NCBI GenBank assembly: GCA_977020255.1
Contig: CDROCS010001101.1
Location: 124,001 to 188,000 of the forward strand
DNA length: 64,000 nt
Reading direction: 5' to 3'
Origin: Obrimoposthia wandeli
Taxonomy: Eukaryota
In this document: piece by piece, positions 48,758 through 58,215 of the stretch
Position numbering within the stretch: the first letter of the stretch is position 1
How the letters are laid out: each line of letters starts with the position of its first letter
Translations under genes and position numbers: made by a program
Notes under the pieces: model-generated
What the model was told of the DNA's origin: nothing
Database searches by the model: none
Seen by the model: the letters and a program-made list of their open reading frames with translations, nothing else

Positions 48758-50728
48758 GTGATAGCCTTGCTAACTGAGAAAATTACTGCTGATAAACTTG
48801 TTCCTGTCTTTGACCTTGGCTCGCGCTGCAAACTTGAAGAGTTTGATACAGTAACGCGTGATCGATTGTTTCCTGAAAATAATGAATTATTTGCACTATT
48901 CCATGAGACTTCCACTGCTAAGTTACTTGTAGCAACCGACTTTGACGGTTTTGACCACATAAAATCATTCTCAGATATGTTGCAAAACATGCCGAATAAA
49001 CGTGCTAAATCCATTTGTTATGTTGAAGACGTAACAAAAGTTGGTCGTGCACATGCATTTGAAATTTGGCGCGATCAAACAGCACTGTTTAAGCAACTCA
49101 TTGAACAAATTATTGCGACTGGTGAGTTTTCTGACGAACAACTGACTTCATGTCTTATTAAGCCATACCCTAACCTTGTCCCATTGTTACTCAACCTTAA
49201 CGAGTTTAATGTTGATCAAGCCTTCAAAGTATTAGCGGATGAGCAATCTCCGACAGTCAACCTGATCGACGCTGTAAACTTAGATGAGACGACCCTGTTT
49301 GGTAACTTAGATACGCTGTATAAAAACAGCAGTTATACCAGCAGTGTGGCTCAGTTAACGCCCGGTCTATTACATCAAGCTCATGGTGGCTACATTGTTA
49401 TCAAAATAGATGAGTTTATTAATAACTCCGCTTTATGGTATCAATTAAAATCAGTGTTAAGACAAGGAACATTGAATTGGCAATCGAGTAATAAAACCGT
49501 TCAAACAGAGCTAAAGCCCGACCCAGCCCCCATTGATGTTAAAGTTATCTTGGTTGGTGATCGACTAGCGATTAGTCAACTGACTGACGGTGACCGAGAA
49601 ATATCAAGTATTGCGAGTTCATTCATTGATTTCTCTTCTGAGTTTAATGTCTATGAAAAAGATATAGCTAACTATATCGGTTATATTAAATTACTCATTA
49701 CTGAAGCGAATTTACTACCCCTCTCAAGTTGCGGTCTAAAACGTCTATTACGATTAAGCAGTCGTTGGTGCGAGCATAATAACTACCTGAGTCTTAATGA
49801 AGCAAAATTATTAACCTTGTTAAGCTATTGCAATCACATTGCCACAACGAAAAAGTTAGGTCATATTGACAGCGACACGATAAATACCGTGTTAGCATTG
49901 CAGTATGAAGCGCTTAATGGTCATATTCGTATGAGTAACGAAGGTATTATAGAAAAACAAATTATCTTAGAAACTCATGGCAGTAAAGTTGGTCAAATAA
50001 ATGGATTATCAGTACTTGAAATCCATGGCCACCCAGAGAGTTTTGGTGAACCTGTACGCATTACTGCAACGGGCCATTTAAATGGTGATGGTGATATTTC
50101 TGATGTCGAACGTAAAGCTGAATTAGCAGGTAACATTCACGCTAAATCAATGATGATTATTCAGGGTTTCTTCACGCATACGTTTGCAAAACCGTTACCT
50201 TTACCGATCAGTGCAAATTTAGTATTTGAACAATCATATGGCGAAATTGATGGTGATAGCGCTGCATTAGCAGGGACATGTGCCTTGTTATCTGTACTGG
50301 CAAACCGACCAATAGCGCAAAACCTCGCGGTGACCGGCGCTATCGACCAATTTGGTACTGTGCTTGCTGTCGGTGGTATTAACGAGAAACTTGAAGGTTT
50401 CCTACGTATCTGTGAATTGAATGAGCAAACAGATATGGGCGTATTAATTCCAGCTGCGAATATTATCAACTTAAACTTAAGTGATAAAATCATTGCAGCG
50501 GTAAACAACGGACAACTAGCTATCTACCCTATTACCCATATAGATCAAGCTATTGAACTGTTGATGGACATTAAAGCCGGTAATCTTGACGAAGATAAAA
50601 CCCTCTACAATGTCATTAACCAACTTGCTGAAGAAAATGACAAGTTAGATGATGATGAGAATGGTTTTGTAAACAGACTGAAACAATTATGCTCTAAAAT
50701 CATGGGCAAACAGGGAAGTAACAACTGA
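48758..50728 (+). CDS. Lon-like protease (YcbZ/LonH type)
   Basis: PGLLHQAHGG, VGQINGLSV, FEQSYGEIDGDSA (catalytic Ser), AVTGAIDQ, GGINEKLEGF (catalytic Lys); sits upstream of fabA as in enterics and vibrios. Confidence 0.88.
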   Translation: MIALLTEKITADKLVPVFDLGSRCKLEEFDTVTRDRLFPENNELFALFHETSTAKLLVATDFDGFDHIKSFSDMLQNMPNKRAKSICYVEDVTKVGRAHAFEIWRDQTALFKQLIEQIIATGEFSDEQLTSCLIKPYPNLVPLLLNLNEFNVDQAFKVLADEQSPTVNLIDAVNLDETTLFGNLDTLYKNSSYTSSVAQLTPGLLHQAHGGYIVIKIDEFINNSALWYQLKSVLRQGTLNWQSSNKTVQTELKPDPAPIDVKVILVGDRLAISQLTDGDREISSIASSFIDFSSEFNVYEKDIANYIGYIKLLITEANLLPLSSCGLKRLLRLSSRWCEHNNYLSLNEAKLLTLLSYCNHIATTKKLGHIDSDTINTVLALQYEALNGHIRMSNEGIIEKQIILETHGSKVGQINGLSVLEIHGHPESFGEPVRITATGHLNGDGDISDVERKAELAGNIHAKSMMIIQGFFTHTFAKPLPLPISANLVFEQSYGEIDGDSAALAGTCALLSVLANRPIAQNLAVTGAIDQFGTVLAVGGINEKLEGFLRICELNEQTDMGVLIPAANIINLNLSDKIIAAVNNGQLAIYPITHIDQAIELLMDIKAGNLDEDKTLYNVINQLAEENDKLDDDENGFVNRLKQLCSKIMGKQGSNN

Positions 50729-50758
50729 TTGGACTTGTTAGGCGTACAGATGTACGCT
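50723..50758. promoter_or_regulatory. Adjacent FadR and FabR sites of the fabA promoter
   Basis: AACTGATTGGACTTGTT (50723-50739; one mismatch to the E. coli fabA FadR site) followed by the GCGTACA-GA-TGTACGC palindrome (FabR-type, 50742-50757). Confidence 0.85.
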
Positions 50759-50821
50759 AAGATGGCTTCAAGAAAAAAGGGATATATTATGATAAATGAA
50801 TTAGAGGTTGAAGTGGTACCT

Positions 50822-51340
50822 ATGTCAGCAACAGAACGCAATAGCTTCGATAAAGAAGACTTAGTAAAATGTGGTAACGGCGAATTATTTGATTCTGAAA
50901 TCCGTCTTCCAAAAGACAATATGCTGATGATGGATCGCATTCTAAGCATTGACAGCACAAGCGGTGAATTCGGTAAAGGCGAAATCATTGCTGAACTAGA
51001 TATTACACCTGATTTATGGTTTTTTGACTGTCACTTCGACAGTGATCCTGTTATGCCTGGCTGCTTAGGCTTAGATGCTATGTGGCAATTAGTTGGCTTC
51101 TTCCTTGGTTGGAATGGCGCTAAAGGTAAAGGTCGTGCTCTGGGTGTGGGTGAAGTTAAATTCACTGGTCAAGTATTACCAACAAACAAAAAAGTAACTT
51201 ACAGAATTGTAATGAAGCGTGTTGTACTTCGTCGCTTAGTAATGGGTATTGCAGACGCTGAAATGCTTGTAGATGGTAAAGTTATCTACACAGCTAAAGA
51301 TCTAAAAGTAGGCTTGTTCCAAGATACTTCTGTATTTTAA
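50822..51340 (+). CDS. fabA: 3-hydroxydecanoyl-ACP dehydratase/isomerase FabA
   Basis: [53 protein letters not shown]; 172 aa from the ATG at 50822. Confidence 0.97.
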   Translation: MSATERNSFDKEDLVKCGNGELFDSEIRLPKDNMLMMDRILSIDSTSGEFGKGEIIAELDITPDLWFFDCHFDSDPVMPGCLGLDAMWQLVGFFLGWNGAKGKGRALGVGEVKFTGQVLPTNKKVTYRIVMKRVVLRRLVMGIADAEMLVDGKVIYTAKDLKVGLFQDTSVF

Positions 51341-51385
51341 GCTTTGATTAGTAAAGTTTATTAATACTGTAAAAGATTAATTAAT

Positions 51386-51410
51386 AAAGCCCCATTATTT
51401 GGGGCTTTAT
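51386..51410. terminator. fabA/rmf bidirectional terminator (contains attL)
   Basis: AAAGCCCC-ATTATTT-GGGGCTTT hairpin. Confidence 0.8.
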
Positions 51411-51419
51411 TGTATCTGT
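51402..51419 (+). repeat. Candidate attL core
   Basis: GGGCTTTATTGTATCTGT, exactly repeated at 62286-62303. Confidence 0.7.
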
Positions 51420-51633
51420 AAGTAACTGAAATTTAATTACTTTAATTTATTCTAGTCCACATACTGACCACAGATAACGAAACTGAACTAATAATATCAA
51501 CTATTTGAACCTTTAATTATTAGCTTAACTTATGTGTACCTGACGAACTACCACCGAACATAAATTAAATTTTCATCGCGAGCATATTGTATAAAGCCAC
51601 CAGTTAATCGCCTTTATACAACCTGGCATTATA

Positions 51634-52052
51634 TTAAATACTTGCACCACCAACAATTGTACCATCTGAAAGTTCTGTTATCTTTCCATCCCATTTGGTG
51701 TAACCACCGTTAGGTTTTTGAAAGGTACCGAAGCATTTTGTTGTACCCGTATCATTTTGTAATTTATTCTCGTGCACACTTACAATTTCACCAGGTGACT
51801 TCTTATTTATCCAGTAATTAAGATTCTTAACTTGTGTCTGACATTTGGGACCGTCGTGGCTATATTTACTATAAATTGATACGCCAACACCAAAACTGAA
51901 AGTAAGTGAAACTAAAATATTACAATTTTATCTTATATTTAAATATAGGTTTGTTTTTTCAAATGAAAAATTATTTATGTTTTTCGTCTGTTAAATTGTT
52001 TTCTTGTAATTTTTCCAGGATTATCTTGGTGAGAGTTATGTTCAGAATCCAT
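51634..52052 (-). pseudogene. Frameshifted small membrane-anchored protein (prophage moron)
   Basis: AAGGA RBS plus ATG at 52052 opens MDSEHNSH... then breaks; a ~95-codon open segment follows (ILVSLTFSFGVGVSIY...KCQ...KCFG...GGASI*). Confidence 0.45.
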
Positions 52053-52249
52053 TTAATAGTTATCCTTTTTAGATTTAAAGTGACTTAAAACTATATAGTA
52101 AGTGGTATTTACTTGAAATGTAAATGTCAAAAACTCATCATAATATTACCCAAGGATATATAATCCGTAAACTAAACACATTAGAATCAACAATTTAAAA
52201 AAACAGTTAAATCATAGTTTTAATCTTATATTTCCTGCCAAACTCCCAC

Positions 52250-52760
52250 CTGTCACGCTGACTTCAGCATTAGCTTGTACCCTCATCCGCGAAGAACTGT
52301 TTGCGCCAATATCGATGCTTGAGCATGTTCACCAGCGATAACAATACCGCCCTTCACCATTTCCGCTTCTAATCTTCTTTGAAAGTTGATTTACTTAATC
52401 TATTATTTCCCCTGCAAAGACGGTCTGAACCATCGACATGTGGCTATCTTGTGAATTTAGGCAACACTGCGCATGTAATAACGCCGGTACCAATTCAGTT
52501 TAATGGTGTCTGCATCTTCTAGTTATGTACGGGCTTCAATGAATGCGATTTTGCACTGCCCAAATGCATATCTTCTGCTTTTTAACTTCTTTATTACTGC
52601 CTAAAAGCAGGTTATCCAACGAGGTAATAATAGCCTTTTCACCAACGAGTATTTTTAACGCACCCATAATTTCATTTACCTGGTTACCGTCTATTTTATT
52701 AATGTCGTGCGTGGCAACCTTGGTGCTGCGTTCGTGGTAGTTTGGGATTCAACTATCTTG
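52250..52760 (-). pseudogene. Remnant of an HP1/K139-type tail/baseplate-associated gene
   Basis: 52596-52715 translates to DINKIDGNQVNEIMGALKILVGEKAIITSLDNLLLGS, resembling the GALKLLSGG..LSA.DNL motif of late tail-module proteins; multiple stops elsewhere. Confidence 0.4.
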
Positions 52761-52942
52761 CTTCCTGTTTAATGTCTGAGTGGAACTAAGTGAAACCAAT
52801 TTTGCCCGTTGAACAGGCCTTAATCCATCATAAACTGGGTGCTGTTCTGATCTCGCGTGCTGGAATAACGCGGAAATCTTCTTAAAGAATTACGGGTTTT
52901 AGGGTTATAAACTTGGCGCTTGTTCTTACCAACAGGCCAGTT

Positions 52943-54748
52943 ATGAAACCGAGGACTCCCCGATATACACCCGAAATCATTAAAACGGCGCGTGACCATT
53001 ATGTGTTTGGTGGGCTGACGTTTGATGAAATTGCAGAAATGGACGGTATGCCAAGCGCACGCTCGTTACGACGTTGGGCGGATGATGGCAGCTGGAATGA
53101 ACTGTGCCCGTCATTAAATGCCGAGACAGCGATTGCACGACGCATTGTGTTATTGGCTGATCGTGAAGATAAAAGCGCAGCAGATTACAAAGAACTGGAT
53201 TTTCTGACCAAACAGCAATGCGCGTTAAATCAATCTCGCTTACCCAGTGCCGGCATCACGAAAAAATACGGCAATACGCCTGCAGCTGCGACGGCTCAAA
53301 ATGAACAAACAAGCGAGCGCACCAGTAAAAGTAAGAAACGTCAGAAGAAGATTAAAAATGATGTGTCCAGTATCACCAAAGAAATGCTCGATACACTCAA
53401 AGACAACCTGCTCTACCCGCACCAATTACACTGGTTTGAACATCAAGATTACCGTAGCCGGTTCATATTAAAGCCGCGTCAGATTGGTGCGACTTTCTAC
53501 TTTGCCTTTGAAGCGTTTTACGATGCGATAGTGAATGGCCGTAACAAGATCTTCATTTCAGCATCACGGGACCAGGCGGAGATATTCAAAGCCAATATTA
53601 TTGCCTTGTGCCGTGAACAGTTTGGTATTGAGCTAAGCGGCTCACCACTGACCATGCGTAACAAAGGCAAGACCACAACACTGTATTTCAAATCAACCAA
53701 TGCCCGCACTGCACAATCGGCATCCGGTGATTTGTATATTGATGAAGTGTTTTGGATCCCGAAGTTTAAAGAGTTACGCGGCCTTGCCCAAGCGATGGCC
53801 ACCCATAAAGATTTTCGTATTACCTATTTCAGTACGCCATCGGTGACCAGTCATGAAGCTTATGATTTGTGGAATGGTCGCTGGTACCGAAAAACCAAAG
53901 CCTGTAATGATCCCGAGTTTGCCATCGATGTTAGCCATAAGGCCTTAAAGAATGGTCGGCTTTGTGATGATGGTATCTGGCGTCAAAAACTCGATGTTTA
54001 CGATGTGGTGAAACAAGGCTTTGACCGCATTGATATCAGCATGCTGGAGAATGAATACTCCAAAGAAGAGTTTGATAATCTCTTTATGTGCAAGTTTATT
54101 GATGATGCCCACAGTGCGTTTAGCCTTAAACAGCTAATGGCTTGCGTCGGTAATAGTAAAAAATGGACGGACTTCGATCCAACCTGGTCACGTCCTTATG
54201 CCATGAAGCCGGTGGTTATTGGTTTTGACCCAGCACGAACGCGCGACATTGCCTCAGTCGTGGTCTTGAGTTTACCGCTTGGTCCTGATGATAAGTTTCG
54301 CTTGTTGGAATCACTGAATCTAAGTGGTAACGACTTTGAAACCATGGCCAGTGAAATCAAAGAACTCACGCTTAAATACCATGTTGTGCATATCGGTGTT
54401 GATACCACCGGCATGGGCTTAGGTGTGTTTGAGTTAATACAAAAATTCTTCCCGTTGGCGATGCCAATTCATTACAACCCGCACAACAAAAACAAGATGG
54501 TGATTAAAGCCTTAAACGTGATTGGTAAGGGCCGTTTTGAATTTGATGAAGGCTCGGTGATGGTTGCCAGCAGCTTTATTAATATTCGCAAAAAGGTAGT
54601 TGGTGACCAAATCAGTTATGCAACCAACCGCACCGCCGCCACAGGCCATGCCGATATAGCCTGGGCAATCATGCACGCCATGATTTACGAACCATTATCT
54701 GGTGACTGCTCAAGTACCAGAACATCAATAGGATTAGATGCAGCATAA
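52943..54748 (+). CDS. Phage terminase large/ATPase subunit (P2 gpP-like)
   Basis: N-terminal HTH, ILKPRQIGAT (Walker A-like), LYIDEVFWI (Walker B), nuclease acidic motifs IGFDPAR, IGVDTTGMG, GHADIAWA. Confidence 0.95.
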   Translation: MKPRTPRYTPEIIKTARDHYVFGGLTFDEIAEMDGMPSARSLRRWADDGSWNELCPSLNAETAIARRIVLLADREDKSAADYKELDFLTKQQCALNQSRLPSAGITKKYGNTPAAATAQNEQTSERTSKSKKRQKKIKNDVSSITKEMLDTLKDNLLYPHQLHWFEHQDYRSRFILKPRQIGATFYFAFEAFYDAIVNGRNKIFISASRDQAEIFKANIIALCREQFGIELSGSPLTMRNKGKTTTLYFKSTNARTAQSASGDLYIDEVFWIPKFKELRGLAQAMATHKDFRITYFSTPSVTSHEAYDLWNGRWYRKTKACNDPEFAIDVSHKALKNGRLCDDGIWRQKLDVYDVVKQGFDRIDISMLENEYSKEEFDNLFMCKFIDDAHSAFSLKQLMACVGNSKKWTDFDPTWSRPYAMKPVVIGFDPARTRDIASVVVLSLPLGPDDKFRLLESLNLSGNDFETMASEIKELTLKYHVVHIGVDTTGMGLGVFELIQKFFPLAMPIHYNPHNKNKMVIKALNVIGKGRFEFDEGSVMVASSFINIRKKVVGDQISYATNRTAATGHADIAWAIMHAMIYEPLSGDCSSTRTSIGLDAA

Positions 54749-55788
54749 TGAATTCAACTAAGAGTACGACCACTGAACCGGCTAAAAGTAAATCTATCGA
54801 TACCTTTAGCTTTGGTGACCCCGAGCCGTGTTTAGATAATCACATGACTGAATATGTCGGCCTTTACGCTGACATGGACGGGTTATATTCACCGCCTGTA
54901 AGTTTGCCTGGGCTGGTTAAATTACTGCGCGTGAATGCGCAGCACGGTCCCATTTTATATTTTAAACGCAATATGATCATGAAATGGTTCCAACCTAATG
55001 CGTTATTAACCCAGCGCACCTTTAAAAAGTTTGCCTTTGATTATTGCTGGGCGGCGAATGCCTACCTGCAGGTGATTAAAAATGCCTTCGGTAACGTCAT
55101 TAAGTTAAGACATTTACCTGCTCTTTCGATGCGCTATACATCCACACCTGGTGTTTATGCCCAGCGCTTAAGTAATGGCAAAGTCCTGCGCTTTAAAAAA
55201 GGCGAAGTGATACACCTGAAAGAATACGATCCGAATCAGGGTATCTACGGTATCCCGCAATATTATGGCGGTATTCAGTCTGCGTTATTGAATGAAGATG
55301 CCACCCTCTTTCGCCGTAAGTATTACAAGAACGGCGCCCACATGGGGTTTATCTTTTCGATGGCAGATCCGAATTTATCGACCGATGATGAAGATGATTT
55401 GAAAACAGCGATCAAAGATTCTCGCGGCGTGGGTAACTTTCGCAGTCTGTTTATTAATAACCGCAGTGGTAAGGCTGACGCAGAGAAGGCAATCAAGATT
55501 ATTCCGGTGGGTGATATCTCGACCAAGGATGAATTTGAGCGCATCAAGAAAATGACGTTAAACGATATGTTGAGTATGCACCGCGCCCAAGAAGCATTAA
55601 GTGGGCAAACCTCTGGTGATAGTCCGGGCTTCGGTGACTTGGATAAAATCACCCGCGCGTATTACAACAATGAAGTAGTGCCGATGCAGCAAGACATGAT
55701 GGAGATTAACGAGTATTTACCTGCCGCGCTGCACATTGAATTTTCAGTGCCGGCTTATTCAGATTTAAACCCTGGGAGTGAAGATTGA
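54748..55788 (+). CDS. Phage portal protein (PBSX / P2 gpQ family)
   Basis: FSFGDPEP, NQGIYGIPQY, LNEDATLFRRKYYKNGAHMGFI, G.GNFRSLF; overlaps the terminase stop. Confidence 0.95.
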   Translation: MNSTKSTTTEPAKSKSIDTFSFGDPEPCLDNHMTEYVGLYADMDGLYSPPVSLPGLVKLLRVNAQHGPILYFKRNMIMKWFQPNALLTQRTFKKFAFDYCWAANAYLQVIKNAFGNVIKLRHLPALSMRYTSTPGVYAQRLSNGKVLRFKKGEVIHLKEYDPNQGIYGIPQYYGGIQSALLNEDATLFRRKYYKNGAHMGFIFSMADPNLSTDDEDDLKTAIKDSRGVGNFRSLFINNRSGKADAEKAIKIIPVGDISTKDEFERIKKMTLNDMLSMHRAQEALSGQTSGDSPGFGDLDKITRAYYNNEVVPMQQDMMEINEYLPAALHIEFSVPAYSDLNPGSED

Positions 55789-55999
55789 TGGATGAAGTCA
55801 CAGTTTTTTGTGCCGGATGATTGCCCACTTTATACCACAGCTGCAGCCGTATATGGCGAATGGTTGGCAAGCCATGGGTTATAAAGGCGCGCCCTGGTAC
55901 TTTGAATTTGTGATTGTGGGGATTGCAGTTTCGACGTTGGGATTAATGCGCTTGTTTCGAGCGTTTTGGGGGAGTAAAAATGTTAAAGGGGCTGGTTAG
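55785..55999 (+). pseudogene. Truncated holin-like membrane protein fragment
   Basis: FIPQLQPYMANGWQAM...PWYFEFVIVGIAVSTLGLMRLF resembles the C-terminal half of 3TM phage holins; 5' part broken. Confidence 0.4.
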
Positions 56000-56173
56000 C
56001 CCTCATAAAAACGGTGCTGATTAGGGCCTTACATACTGTTCGATAGTTTAAATCTAAAGCGACTTATTGATTTTGTGTCGCTTTACAAAGTATAACTAAT
56101 ACAAGAAAAAGCAGGCTAAAATTAACAAAAAATGAAAAAAGCCAACTTTATTCTGTTTAAGTAACCAATTAGG

Positions 56174-56917
56174 TTATTGCACCAACGTTATTGCTTTCAC
56201 TGCTTTATTCCAAATAACGACTAAATCATCTTTCGAAGTATTATCGTAGTCCACATACAGGCCGCTACTTTTTAATTTATTGCTCTTTGATAGCAACTCT
56301 TTTCCTTCAGCAGTAATCATTGGAATAGATGTCCCAAATGGACCAAATCTAAAGTATTTCATGTGGTCATCACCAAATTTATCTACATATGAAACCACCA
56401 AATACCTTTTAATGTATCCTGTCATAGACTTTATCAACGGTCTCATGAAGTCAGATTTAAACTCGCTAATAACACCATCTAACTGATTTGTGTTAGTGAT
56501 ATGTTGCTCAGAAAGCATACCTTTTGGTTTACATTGATACGTTAGAGCTAGTAGAAAAATAATTATCTAATGGCACCTGTATACTCTCTAATGGTATCTT
56601 TTTTTCTTTTTCTTTTTCTTCAGGGTGAATAAGCTTCAGCTCATTCAAATGAAGAAAAGTAAATGGATAATAATCAAAGTCATACATTACATCACCAGAG
56701 TTATTTATTACTAAAGTCTCACCTTAGCTCCATCTTTATTGCCATCATATCTAAAATACAGATACTTTCGGCAAGTGTTCTAACTTGCTAACCATAGAGA
56801 TGGCATTTTTCGCTATCGAGTTTTTGCGCGTTCATCGTAAATGATAGCCATTATAGAAATGCAGACAGTAGCTACTGTTTCAAAATAGATCTTATTATTA
56901 GTTAAAAAGTTTTTCAT
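56174..56917 (-). pseudogene. Frameshifted cargo gene (~250 aa) of unknown function
   Basis: AGAGGA RBS plus ATG at 56917 (MKNFLTNNKIYFETVATVCISIMAII, TM-like), several frame breaks; the track ORF 56174-56518 is its C-terminal piece. Confidence 0.5.
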
Positions 56918-57427
56918 TTTTCCTCTTATAATCTAAGGCCGCACTAATCGTTCAAAAAATTTGACTACAATTTGTGATGCACGCATAAAGCAAACTTTTA
57001 TTGTCCGCTTAAGTGCCATATTGTAGGCATTTATAAGCCATTTATGATATACGCATCTCGACTAAATAAACATTTACATATTTGTTTTGGCAATCAAGTT
57101 TACCTACTGGGAAGTTACTACATATCAAATCACTTAACTGATTGTGGCGGATTGTTGTTTATCGCTTAGATAAACCTAAGTGGTCTGTCATTTAGTGGCA
57201 AACAATGTCACAGCTTTGACATTAGCGATCCTTAAATGATCGTTGAGATCCTTTCTAGATAAGGCTTGGTGAATATTAGTGTGTCCATCGTTGTGTCAAA
57301 AACGTCAAAAAATTGCGAAAACGCGGTAGGCGAAGAGGAGTGAATTTATCGAGGGCTCACGCGCACGATTAAATATTTCCCTCACCCGTCAGCAATAGCT
57401 ATGTATTATAACTAACACGTCATACAA

Positions 57428-57443
57428 CTGTATAAAAAAACAG
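57428..57443. promoter_or_regulatory. LexA (SOS) box upstream of ogr
   Basis: CTGT-ATAAAAAA-ACAG, followed by TATAAT at 57454-57459. Confidence 0.65.
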
Positions 57444-57486
57444 TTAAATATCGTATAATTTACAGGTCAGTATTTGAATTAAGTGG

Positions 57487-57744
57487 ATGTTTATGCGAGT
57501 AGTTTGCCCAGAGTGCGGCGTTAAAAGCCGTATACAAAAAACGAATAGAATTTCGAATAGCTACACAGATTTATATTGCAGTTGTAATAACGCTGAGTGT
57601 GGTCATTCTTTTGTGATGAATCTTAGCTTTAGCCATACGCTGAGCCCATCAGCGAAAACGGCTACTCAAATGGCAATGGATTTGGTGAAGACCTTGCCGC
57701 TAGAACAGCGGCAAGAATTGCAGTTACAACTTTCAGGTTTGTAG
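57487..57744 (+). CDS. ogr: Ogr/Delta-like Zn-finger late-gene activator
   Basis: CPECG...RI...LYCSCNNAECGHSFV...FSHTLSPSA. Confidence 0.92.
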   Translation: MFMRVVCPECGVKSRIQKTNRISNSYTDLYCSCNNAECGHSFVMNLSFSHTLSPSAKTATQMAMDLVKTLPLEQRQELQLQLSGL

Positions 57745-57818
57745 ATTCTTTCCATAACTATTAATTGGTATATAATGCATGTCAATTCATATTGATAAAA
57801 CAAATACGGTGAAATAAA

Positions 57819-57998
57819 ATGAATACAGTGCAAATGAAAGACGTACAAATTAAAGAAAACAAAAACTGCTCTCATAGCAAATTATCAAAAGAGTACCATT
57901 TAGGTTCTGCTACTGGCGACTATATTTGCGATGGATGTGGTCACGCCGGATTTGGTCGTGACTGGCCTCAGAAAAAGCACAAAGAAAGCAATAAATAG
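57819..57998 (+). CDS. Small Zn-ribbon-like protein (59 aa), missed by the ORF track
   Basis: MNTVQMKDVQIKENKNCSHSKLSKEYHLGSATGDYICDGCGHAGFGRDWPQKKHKESNK; GGTG RBS; followed by a hairpin at ~58033-58063. Confidence 0.6.
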   Translation: MNTVQMKDVQIKENKNCSHSKLSKEYHLGSATGDYICDGCGHAGFGRDWPQKKHKESNK

Positions 57999-58215
57999 CT
58001 ATCCCAACGCTACTTAATCTCTGAACTATAGAAAGCCTTGCTAGTAATCTCTAGTAAGGTTTTTATCCGCTAAATCTAACTACCCCTGAGAACTCATCAA
58101 CTTGTTAGATTTTAAATCAAAAAAAATTGTAGCAATATTAAAGGCTAGCCCCACGGCTACGGCTCTTTGATTAATGATAAAAATAAAATCACAAAACAGA
58201 ATTTTTGGATTAACA

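Noticed and set aside
50729-50821. Track N-terminal extensions of fabA (50729), rmf (62567), the nemA-like gene (28306) and Tim44 (46839)
   Set aside because: They overlap FadR/FabR sites, operators or promoters; downstream ATGs give family-typical lengths and have RBSs.
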